A stretch of DNA of 64,000 nucleotides from Pocillopora damicornis (Eukaryota): NCBI RefSeq assembly GCF_003704095.1, contig NW_020846475.1, forward strand, positions 620,001 to 684,000. The letters run 5' to 3'. Below are positions 23,601 through 35,600 of the stretch, one piece after another (the stretch's first letter is position 1; every line of letters starts with the position of its first letter). Made by a program: the position numbers and the translations under genes. Below the pieces are notes generated by a model, which worked only from the letters and a program-made list of their open reading frames with translations, did not search any database and was not told where the DNA came from.

Positions 23601-26600
23601 AGTGCATCAATGCTTGAAGTGCTTTTACTTATCTCAATTAACTGTTTATATTGTAGAATTTCCTGTAAAAACCACCACTTGAATAATGTAGAAATGTTGG
23701 TAACTTAACATTTTAAATTTGTTACATGTAATTATATTTATTTAAAGGGTATTGTTTGTTTAGAGAAGCCAAAAAATCCTGAAGAGGGCTCTGACTCCTT
23801 TGTGGACAAACTGATAGCTCAAGTTTTGAAGAACCTTAAGGTAAATTTTTACAACTGAGTTACAAATATCTAACAATGTGTGGAATTATATAAATGAATT
23901 GTGCAAGTTTTACACTGTTATGTGGGAATATATTTGTAAGGGACAGTGTACATGTAAATAGCTTTTGAATTCACAACTCGTGCTGCATTCACTTTGTTTA
24001 CATTATTAATGGTATCTGTTTCCATTTCTTAGATTTCTGTGAAGAATGTTCATTTTCGCTATGAGGATAAGGTATAAACTGAGCAAAATTATCATCATGA
24101 TTTTTTTTATAAAACCATTTCCTCAGGGCCTGTACAGTTGCTTAAAACTGTTGGCTGACAGTCAATTGTCTGTCAGTAGACAGTTGGTCAACAGTGAGCT
24201 GACTGTTAGCCATCAGACAGCTGATAGTCAGACAACAGTCGGCAAATAGTCAGCCAACAGATTTTTTCAAGGAGTTCTTCTCAATTACTGAGAACCCTCT
24301 GATAAACATCCTAATTATTGCTGGTCATCCTTTCTGACAGGTTACTTCTCCAAATAAACCATTCACTGTGGGCTTTACTCTGCAAAATCTCTCAGCTGAG
24401 GTGAGTTCTGATTTTATAAACCCTTTAAAGCCTGAGAGTGACCAGCATCAAATTTCTCCTTACAGTAATATGGCTGAATCATTCATTAAGATCATGAGAA
24501 GAAAGGAAATGATCACCTCCCAAAAAAGCTTTGATTGTTCAACAAATTCTCCTTGTCAGTGCTAAGGGAAAAATATATAGAAGAGTATAGAGAATATGGA
24601 TACTGATGTTAGGGTGTAAAAGGTTTATTAAAGGTTAATGAAAATAATGGCTCCTGATGAAGGCCCTTAATAGAAAAATACTAGGTCTCAGTATCAGGTA
24701 GTCTTTATTACTCAACCCTTACTTCTGCTCCACGCAAGTCAATCTTCTGGCAGATCTGCCTTGGTCAATCTAGTTCTGATGTTACCCACATGTGAACTGC
24801 TAATGAGGTTTTGGTTTCCTTTAGACAACCAATGAATTATGGCAGGAGTGTGTAGTGGATGCGTCAGCCAAAACTATTTACAAGGTATTTGCTGATTCAA
24901 ATTGTAAATTGTGTAGAGTTATCTTCAAACTGCTTTTTTTTGTGTAAAAATGGACAATAGTCTCTACATTGTAAAATCTAGTGCAATTGATTATAATAAT
25001 CAATATTTTTCAATCTTTAGATAGTGAGTCTCGATTGCCTGGCTATGTACTGGAACACAAATCAGACGCCAACGCAGTTCTTTTCAATGCAACATTCTTG
25101 GAAGGTGCCCTCAAAGAATGTATTCATATTCAGTAATTTGTAATACGCTACTTGCATAAGCTTATCATTTGCTTTTATTAATAGGCTTAAGTACATGCAT
25201 GCAGGAACTTGTCTTCACAATTTGTGTGTTCTCCTTCCCCTGCATGCTTATATACTTCTAGCACGTGCAGACATAGCATATATTTGTGAGAAAATTACCT
25301 TAATTTGAAGAATGTCCTTGCTTTTTAACAATGCAGTCAGCTGTTTAGGAGAGGTGCAAATTAAGATGAATAAACAATGTCATGGTCAATCCTAGTCACC
25401 CATAGAGAGGGATTGGGGAGAGAGGTTGGGCAACTGAGCAAGTAAGGGGATAGTAGAGAGGGATGGGGGGGAGGGGTTGGGCGATTGGGCAGGTAAGGGG
25501 GTGAACAGGCTAAGAAGCAAAGTGGAGAAGGTTAGCAGAGGGTTGGTGAGTTAGGTGTAGGGGAGGTTATGAGGGAATAAGAGCAACATTTTAGGGGGCT
25601 AAGGAGGGGTAGGGCAGATAAGAGGGAAAGGGAGGAGAGAGTAAGCTGGCTAAGGAGCAAGGAGGGGAAGGTTGAAAGAAGGTTGGAGAGTTATATGTAC
25701 CAGGGGTGTGTCAGAGAATAAGGAGCAAGATTTTAGGAGTAAGGAGTCACACCAGGTACAATTGTTTAGTAGCTGAAGATTTGTCCTATTGAAATCATAT
25801 GGTATAGTTCCTGTTTCTCTTTTTCAGGACCTTATGAGCTGTGAGGTCTCAAGCAAAACAAGCCTTCCATCCAATTATGAATTCAGTAGGTCTCATCTAT
25901 GGCAGTTAGGATTAAATAGTGAAGAGAAAGTTTAAATTGTGGGTGTTTTGAAGAGTTTATAGCATTTTTAGCTAAAGCAATGGACTGTACATGACTGTAT
26001 ACTTATGAAAAAAGACCTTAAATTGAGTGATGATGATTTTGAGTGTGCTGTGTTTGATCTACTATTAGCAAAGTGTCAAACTAAATATAGAATTGTGGTT
26101 GTACTTTCTTCAAATGATAGATCATAAATTAAGTAAGGAAAGTGTTTTGAGAATTCTTTGTTGATATTCTGTCTCTAATAGCTGTGTTGATTACTTATTT
26201 GTTTAAAGTTTTAAAGCCTTTGTCTGCTGAATGTCATGTTGTGATGGACCAGTCATCAGAAATAGTACTTGACACACCTAAGGTATTTGAAAAAGTCTGC
26301 AAATTTTTGTTTTTGAAAAGCTCCCTATTAGTAGAAAACCACTATTCATTATTTTTCAAAATCTTTTTTTCTTTACAGCTTCTGATTGAGGTGTTACAGC
26401 AGGAGTTATCTCTAGTATTTACCCAGACCCAGGTAAATATCAAACCAAAAAGATCTGAGGAGTCACTATTTGTAAAATGTAGTGCACATGTCTTTTCCAG
26501 TTTTTTTTTTTTTATCTTAACTCATATTTGTATGTTTTGGTCATAGTTTCACAACGTGATGGATTTGATTGAATCATTTGAGTCAATGACCATAAACCAA

Positions 26601-29600
26601 CGTTACTTAAGATATCAACCAACATTACCAGTGAGGAGAGATCCAGCTGCATGGTAAACTCTTATTTCTGGGTCTAAGAATCATGCACACTGTTGGTTAT
26701 ACATTTCTGTAAATTTCAGTCAGAATTGAAAATAATCCTTGTAAATCCCCTGCTTTCCAAGCATCTTTGTTGTGTTTGCCTGTTTCCTGAACATATAAAT
26801 TATTTTATTTTTTAAACCTTATATAACCAAGGCATCAAAAGCCTAATCAAAATCTTCTGTACTTCAAGCTGGAATTATTATAATTGTTATTCTCATGGAG
26901 AAAAAGTGTGTTTATCCTTATCAATGAAAATAAAAGAGAGGAGAATTATGAAAAAAGGTTCAGAGAAGAAGGCAGTGGCACTTTGTTTTGCCTGAAATCA
27001 AATGTAGGTTAAAACGAAATGATGATAATCCACAAACTGTTTGTTGTTTGTGTTCAGAAACATTTTTCAAGAACAGAAAGGGAAAAAGAGGCATTTGAGA
27101 ATTTTTCACCAGAATTTCACTCATAGGTGGATTAATAATTAAGTTCTCTGAGCGGATGTGAATTTTAACAACATTATCAGTAGGGGTGCATTTATTTTCT
27201 TTTACAATCTTGCAGGTGGAAATATGCATACACTGCTATTTGTGAGGAGAAAATTAGATGCTGGTCATGGGATCGCATAAAGGAGCACAGGTAAATGTAA
27301 ATGATAACAAAGAGAAACTTTGTAATCAAATTCTTGGCTTTTTTTCTTTTATAAGTTTTATTTTTATCAAGTTTCATGATTTACAGTTGAGCCCCTTAAT
27401 GAAATGGCCTGGGAATATATAGCAATCAGGGTTCAAGTAAAAACAAAAACAAATTTAAGGGGGAGGTCACTTACTAGCGTCAGGTGGTTTTATAGAGGAT
27501 TGAATGTATTTTGCTTTAGTCTAGGAAAGATCACTTAAGATTCTGTAAGAGTGTAATTAGAGTACATGGATGTCAAGATCTCAATAATCCTTTGAGTAGA
27601 ACTGAAACCAAATTATATCACAAGGGTCAGTCTGAAGTGGGAACTTAATCATGAAGAGAAATTAAGTAAATGCAATGAACTGATTGAAAGGGAAAAAAAG
27701 TTTGAAAACATGAGTGACTAAGTCATGACAGGTGGTGTGAATGTTCTGCAGGAATCACTCCATGTGGTAAATCACAAGCAACCAATGCAATATAGCATTA
27801 CTTTGGACTTGAAATTTAAACTGCATCATTGACTAATAATAAATTAAATAAATAATAAAGTTAACCTTTTACTGTTAATATGTGTAGCTCTATTTCTACT
27901 GCATAAATGTATTGATTACTATCAATGTCTTCCTCTATTCAGGAGAAAGTATCATTTGTATAAGCACCTTTGGGAGAGAAAGTTAAAAGGATTAAGTGAG
28001 GATGAACAGTCTTCCGTTAGAAATAGCATTCAGGTATACACTTTGAGGGTTTTGCATTTATCTAGTAATTTGTTATGACTTTTATTGTTTAGTGGTGATT
28101 CCTCAGTAGCATTTGTACTTACAGTATTATTTATCTACTTTCTGTTAGTCGTTGGAAGATCAACTTGATATTCCAAGTATTTTGATTGCAAGGAGACATG
28201 CAGAAATAGAAGTAGGTATCTCATAACAAGTAATGTTGCTTGCATATACATGTAATGTAACATGGGGGCTAAGCACACACCGTTGTACATTTCTTTACAA
28301 AATGAGAATAAGATGTATAACAAAGGTCTCAGATAAGGTGTAACTTTGAGTGCCTTTTAACCTTTGATCCCTAAGAGTGATTGGCATCTACTTTCTCCTT
28401 ACATTATTACCCCTGAATCATATGTTAAAGATATGAGAATTAAGGAAATAATCAAGGACTAAAAAGATCTTGATTGTTAAACAAATTCTCCTTTTCAGCA
28501 CCTTAGGATATGTATAAAGAACAGTATGGAGAATATGCAACCTGATGTTAGGGTGTAAAGGGTTAAGTTACAGTGGGTTCAGGCTTAAGAAATAGCTGGA
28601 GATACCATGGGTGTGAATTGTTTTGGAAAAACTACACTGTGATACACTGACAACAGTAATAGGCTTGAGAGGAAATCCAGATGGAGTTTAAAATAACTGA
28701 ACTCTTCTTAACCCTTTAACTCCCAAGATCTCATTAGTAATTCTCCTTACTGTCTGCCATACAATTCTTATGATCTGAGTTTGGAGAATTTGGTTTTGGA
28801 TCAATCAACAATCCTCCAAATTATTAATATTTTTCTTTATTCTCATCCCTTGTATGCTTTTGGTATCAATAATGTAAGGATAAATTATGTCTTGGTCACT
28901 CATGAGAGTTAATGGGTTATTTGTGCATGTAAACAACTGATGTTTATTTCAGAAGATCCAGTTTTAAGAGTGTATCCTTTACCTAATGGTGAATTCCCTC
29001 TTGACAGAAAGTGACTTTCCAATAATTAAAGCTCCTCACTGAAACTGTTTTCTGAAACTTCTACAGTTTAAAATTATTTCTTGGCTCTTTGGAAGTTTGC
29101 AGTGCTCTAAGATTTTTCATTGAGGGAGTTTATCTTTTTCTTTATTCTGAAGGTTCCTCCAAGTCAAAGGTTTAATCCAAGCAAAAAAAAGAAGTCAAAT
29201 CCCTGGTGGTTGTGGTTGGGTATTGGGTCTGGAAGCTCCACTGACTATGAGGGAGTCATGAATCGAGAGGAACAAGGCATGGAAAGACTGGTTCATGATA
29301 CATTTTTTCTGATTATATTGGAACAAAAAAAGTAATGAACAATTTTGTGTGAAATCTGCATTTGATATGTTTTAAGACTACTTTTGAAGATGTTGGCTTG
29401 CTTCTAAGGTTCTCAGATCGCTGAAGGCCCTTTTAAAGCTCATTTTTTTTTTTTCAAACTGTAATTTTTTTATTGTTTCACTACCACTCATTCAAATACC
29501 CTTTTGAGTTTTTTTTTTACATTTGATGACAATTCTTGAAAGCATCTTTTTTGGACAACTTAGTGGAGATGCATTGATTAACAAATATTCTTCCACCCAA

Positions 29601-32600
29601 CTTTCCATAGAGGAGGACATTTGGTCAAAATTCTCAGTTGCAGCTCTTTCTGTTGAGGAAAAGGAAAAGTTGTACAAAGCAATTGATTACAATGAAAGTG
29701 TGCGGCTGAAATATCCTACAGAGGTAATGCTACTGTGATGTTTTATAAGTTCTTCCCTATTTTACTCCTTTTTTACAGTGTTTTTTTCTCTTCTTTCTCT
29801 CCTCATCCCCTTTCCTTATCGTATTCCTCCTTTCAATCCATCTCCTCTTTCCCTCATTATCTTCCTTACCCTTGCGTCTTTTCTCCTCTTTGTTCTCCCT
29901 TTCTTCTATTACTTCCCCTCTCCTTTGTGTTACTCCTCCACCTTTTTTTTTATCCTCCTCTTCCTCTTCCTCCACCCCTTCTCCTCTCCCTGCCCCTCCT
30001 CCCACCTCTTCTTTAATCACGTCCTACAAATTCCTCCCTCTCTCATTCATTTTCTCCACGCCATCTCCCCCCCCCCCAACTACGTCTTACCCCTCCTCCT
30101 ACTCCTCATTCCCTTTTTATTCATTCTTCTTCCTCCTCGTTCTCCCCTTTTTTTTTCTCTCATCTCTCCTCTTTCCCCTTTTCTCACCTTTCTTCTTTGT
30201 TCCCTCTTCCTCCCCTTCTTTTATTTCCACCCCCTTTTGTTGTCTCAATCTTGGTCTCTCTATTTGATCCATCAATCTTCGAAACCGGTAATGATCTAGT
30301 TATTTACGTTAGGCGGAATAGAAAGGAAACATGGAAAATTATCACTAACTTTGAAAAATACATGTACGTCTTAATGTTTACGTTTTTCACACATGTTACT
30401 CTTCTCGACGGGTTGCAGTTCATTAAGTCAAGGATTACCTTCAACCTGGACAGATGTACTTTTGAACTCTTGGACGCTACAAATTGGTGAGTCACATTGC
30501 TATCTCTACTGGATCAATACACTTTTTCATTGGTAAACTGTCTTCAGCCTGTTATACCATTTGTCATGTCATGTTTCATTTCAGTAAAATAGCTCAGTTG
30601 GATACTGAAGGATTTGATGCAACTTTAGAACACAGGCCGGCTCAGGGAGCCTTTCGGTGAGTTACCATGCATCCTAAAAAGCAAAAACGTGAACGATTTC
30701 TCTAACCATTGTAGAAACGATTCTTGCCTCCAATGGTATCACTTTCTCTATAATTTTACTCTCGATAAACGTTACCAATGTTTTTATCCCTCTTAATGGT
30801 CCCAGCTATCGGAATTTAACTGCTACTTTTGTCACCAATTTATGTGGGCATAGCATTATTGTTTCCTTTCAACTAGAATTTTTTCTGCCGGTCTCAATCA
30901 TATTGCAGAGGAGAGGTAGGAACCTTAGGCTTTTCATAAATGTCTATGAAATAACACTTACATGTACAAGGTCTTGTCGGTTCCTGTGAATTTCAATGAT
31001 CTCTGCGAGATCTTTGAAATTCGTCGAAGTATGTTTAGAGAGAAGCCCTGCAGGAAATGAATGCGTGAAATATAGTCAACGAATATTGTCGTTTGGGATT
31101 TAGGTTTCATGGTAAGGTTAACAAATTCAAGATGCTTGGATATTCAGAAGAAGCTACGGAAAACCAGCTTATTCTTGTTTCATCCAAGAGCACCCTTGAC
31201 GGTGAGTGTGAAATCACATTAAAAATGTTTTACGGCCTTTGAATTTGAGTGACATTCCCTGAAAAGTGGCGATCCCTTATTTTATTGTTCTTTGGTTTTG
31301 ATTTAGGATATGGAACAGCTCTAGTGCAATGTACATTGGAAACTAAGCCTCTTGAATTGAAAGCAGACTATGCAGTATCCCTGAAGGTGGAGCCCGTTCA
31401 GGCTGTCTATGATGCGGTAGGTTGTTGAAGAAATGATTTTCGAAATTTTAACTTGATGTTGCCTTCTTGCGTTTGTTTGAAGTTGACTTTGTGATGCAAT
31501 ATCTCACATAGAATTGATTTTTTTAATCTTATACGATTTAAATCTGTGGGAACATGGTAGTTTTAGGTGTGATGCCATGGAATCTGCATCGAATAGTCTT
31601 AATGTGAGCCACACCCAGGGTCGCTGTGTTGTGTAACTCTCACAGAGCTTCTCTCAGTCTAAGAGCGTAATTAAGTAATGGCCAAATGGGGCAGAAAAAA
31701 CGCTAATGAAACGCTAAGGATTAACTTGCCATATAGAAGCACACCAAAGTAGTATTGATATTGGTTTTTCCACGCTACAGAAACATAGATGCACAGAAGC
31801 TTTGGAAGCCATGCGATGAGTCTCTCATGAATGCAGAATATAACTTTACACTGTATTTCTCATATATACGTATCAATAACCTCGAAATAATTGAGAGCGT
31901 TTATTCATCTTGGTCAAATTAGGGCTGGCATATTGTATCCATTGAATGTTGTAAGCCACTTGTTCCGGCATTCTTCACACTTGGCACCCAAGGGAAGGAA
32001 AAATACGATTTGACTCGAAGGTCAACTCCTTTATATTTTTTCTTTCAGCACACCATTGATAAAATAATAGCATTCTTCTACATGCCTGAAAACTCAAAAT
32101 TTCAAGAGTAAGTGATTTCTTTTCATCAATGTATACCACGAGAAAATGTCTGATGTACTTCTACTAGTTACTGTTCTGATTATTCCTATTTAGCAAGGTG
32201 ATCTGCCACGGTTTGCTGTGGTATTTGTGTTATCTTAGCAGTTCAAACTTGGTTTTGGCTCGTCAAATTTTACTGAGGGGCTTTCTGCTTACAGTAAACT
32301 TTCGTTTTCAATCTTCATGCTATGCTCCTGTGGTTTGTGTTAAATTGTAATCAAAGCAAGAATTGTATTGTATGACAGAAATTGAGTTCATTTATACAAG
32401 CGTGAAGCATAGAAATATTACTCATCTTCAGGGAGGATTAAAACCTCGATTTTACGATTACTTGTCTGATGCTGCATCACCGAGGTTTAGAGAGCTCTCA
32501 GGCAAGCAAGGCCACGTCCACGTGTATTTGGTTCAGTCCACACGCTAACAAGTAGCTTTATAGTGCTGTTTATTTCCTTGTTAAAGTACCATTTATTGAG

Positions 32601-35600
32601 ATGCTTGAACCATGCTTACTCAGGCTTGGGGAGGCAGCAGCCAGCAAGCTTCAGGACCTGAGACGGTGGACCCGCGCGGGTTTGGAGTACGCGATAACTC
32701 AGCACGAGGTTAAGAAGGAAATATTTTGTTAAGCTACTTGATGATCAACACATAGATGTTTTTCTTTTCAGTACACTGATTAGAGAGGAATTTTCTTTTA
32801 TTTCCAGCTATCTATCCTATATATTGCAACTCCCTTTCCTTCGCGATCTTTTTGAAGCTTGTCTCGTGGTCTTATTTGGTGCTACTGCTCTAACGAAACG
32901 AGTGGACTTTAAAAAGAATCCTAGTTTGTGATAAAATGATTTTAATAGCACATCCTTGCCTGTAACCCCTCGAAGGAATCTACTATCATTGTTGTCCCAT
33001 AAATGTTAATGCAGAGAGAAAGAGATCAATAACGTTCTTCTTTTCATTATGTACTTTGTAATTTAATTCAGGCTGCGTCTTGCACTGAAATTTATTGTGA
33101 AAGAATGGCTTCTCATAGATTTTGTTTCTTGAAGGTTACATACCTTGATTTAGATGTGAGGTCGCCATTCGTGGTAATTCCTGAATATGGAACTCTGCAA
33201 AGGTATTACCTAATTGGAGAATGCAACACGATCCAGAGGAAAAATAATGGACCTCGCTGGTTACATTTAATTCTTTTAATAGCTTAAGTTGAACGGTGTC
33301 GGTAAGATTTAAGGGAGTTGCTCGGTCCTTATCTTTACTGTTCCTGAAAAAGCGTAGATGGAAATTTACCATTTATCGCGTTTTTCAGCCAATTCTGCAG
33401 TGTAGCCTAACCGTTCGAAATTTTTCTTCAGGTGTTAAAACTATGTGACTTAAACCACACACGCATGACGTTCCAGAATTGCGCTGGTTATTTCAAGAAA
33501 TTTAGGGTTTCTGTTGAGGCCTCGGGCCTTGCAGGTTTCTCTTTTAAATACGACATTCTTTTCTGAGGTACACCGTTTCTTTTCCCCTATCAATCAGGTG
33601 CGCTTTTTGTTTCAATCACTTTTTCAGGGATGGAAGTGTTCTTGCTGTTGACTTGGGACATCTGAAGGTGGTCAGTAACTTGGCATCTCGGGACACAAGT
33701 GTCAGAGTAAGTATCACCTATACTGATTACTGATGCACCTGTAGTTTTGTTGTATGCTGGGCAGGGAATGCACCTAGAGTTTGCACTGTGAATTGTGATA
33801 TTTTGCAACAGATCCTTTCAATATTCTTTCTAACAGACAGCGACTGAACATGAATTAGAGGAGATGTTCTATGACAAGTTTGAGATGACTTTGGGTGATG
33901 TTCAAGTTATGATTTTTAATAAGGGTTTGTGATTCAGTGTTTTTGACCTTTGATACATTTTTGCGCCCTTCTGCCTTGAGCAAAGTAGCTAATTTTATCA
34001 TTAATAAGATTGGATTTGTAACTTTTTTAACGTGTTTTTTCTGAAGATGTGAAGTGGGAATCAATGCAAAGTGTCTCAAGTTCACCTCATCACATTTTGC
34101 CCTCCACTGCTCTTAAAATGAAGTTACAGAAAAGCATTACGACTGATAATCTACAACTTCCAGAGTGAGTAAATTGTGCAGTGAATGGTTTGAACCCGGG
34201 GTAACATGTGATAGTGTTATATGCCTAGACTTTCACTCAACAAAACGAGCACCGTGATTGGTTGATTCTTGGTCACGTGCCCTTGATCAAATTCAAATGT
34301 ATCCCGACCGAGATACAATTGCGCAGTTGTTGCCTGCGCGCCGAATACAACAGCATGTTTTTGCCATATGGTTGTTTAAGGGAAAGTCTAAATATACAAT
34401 AAAGCACTTCGTCTCGGGAAAGATCAGGACTCTCGGGAAAACAAAAGTAACTGTTTCCCTCGGGACCATACATTAAGTGTATAGTGTAGTCTGATTGTCC
34501 GAGTGATTGTAGTTTTGAGAAGGGCTGTTGTTGACTTCCGCTGTTGGTGACTTCCGTTCAGGTCATCGAAACGTCAGTCACCACAACCGACAACAGTCCT
34601 TCTCAGGACCACACTCACTCGGCGAACGGTCAGACTAAACCATCACATGAGCAAATTGTCTAAGCATATGTACGTGTTTCGTGGTACACAGGAAGTGAGG
34701 TGCCAACAAGTTCCTTATATTTGAATCCAGTAACATGGCATTCAAATGATGTAAGGAACTCCAAGGTCATGCTACCAAATTCTTCTGGCTGCTTTAGATA
34801 GTTAATTCTGCTTCAGCGCCCGAAAACTGAATGTTCGATTTTTTTTTCAGGTTTAAAGTATCATCGGTCCTTCCATCGTTGCATTTAAAGTTATCAGATG
34901 AAAAATACAAGATGCTGATGAAGGTATAAAATTGTCATTTCGTACATGTAGTTTCACCAATTTGACTTATTTGACCGTTTTCCTTGTGTTATTTTCTGTC
35001 ATGAAGAGCATTGTAGCTACTAATCTTCAAGTTTTTCACAAAGTTCTTAGATCACTTACCGTTTGGAGTGCAGCAACCTGTGTTACTGGAAGAAAAGCGC
35101 GCTGATGTCAAATCGAAGGTAGGAAACATCGATTTTAATATCATAACGGGGTCTCTCGATGGAATTGATCATTTGATTGTTTGTTCCCAATATCGGTGTT
35201 GTCATGAAATGAGTGCCCGACAAATCAGATCACTGATGTACATCAGTTTTCATGCGCCTTACTCCCATAGGTCTGCGCGCTAACGTCAATCTTTTACTCG
35301 CTATTTTTTTTCCGACTCGTGGGACGGACCTCGTCGAAAAGTATGGCTGCTCGTAGTCAAGTGTATCTAAAACCTCAGCAAGAGAGGACATTATTCAAAA
35401 TAAGACAAGTTGAACTCGGGTTTTTCGGGACCAGCACGCAACCTGTTAGGCCAAGCGCAGCACACTTGACAGTGTATATAATGTATGTAAACCGTAACAA
35501 GCAGCACGTTATTCGAATAAATGCAACTTTGACTCGAGTTCTTTGTTATTGACATTAAAATCTGATCTGTTACCAGACGGAATGGAGACACAGCTCGTCA

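Noticed and set aside
24148-24262. CRISPR-like repeat array
   Set aside because: Degenerate short minisatellite without unique spacers, in a eukaryotic intron, with no cas genes.
28953-28980. U12-type donor GTATCCTTT after a possible micro-exon
   Set aside because: No U12 branch site near the next acceptor and no phase-compatible reading; the flanking exons already join in frame.
29735-30299. Several overlapping ORFs of 87-173 aa
   Set aside because: Artefacts of the stop-poor polypyrimidine tract; the translations are low-complexity L/F/P/S or E/K/R.
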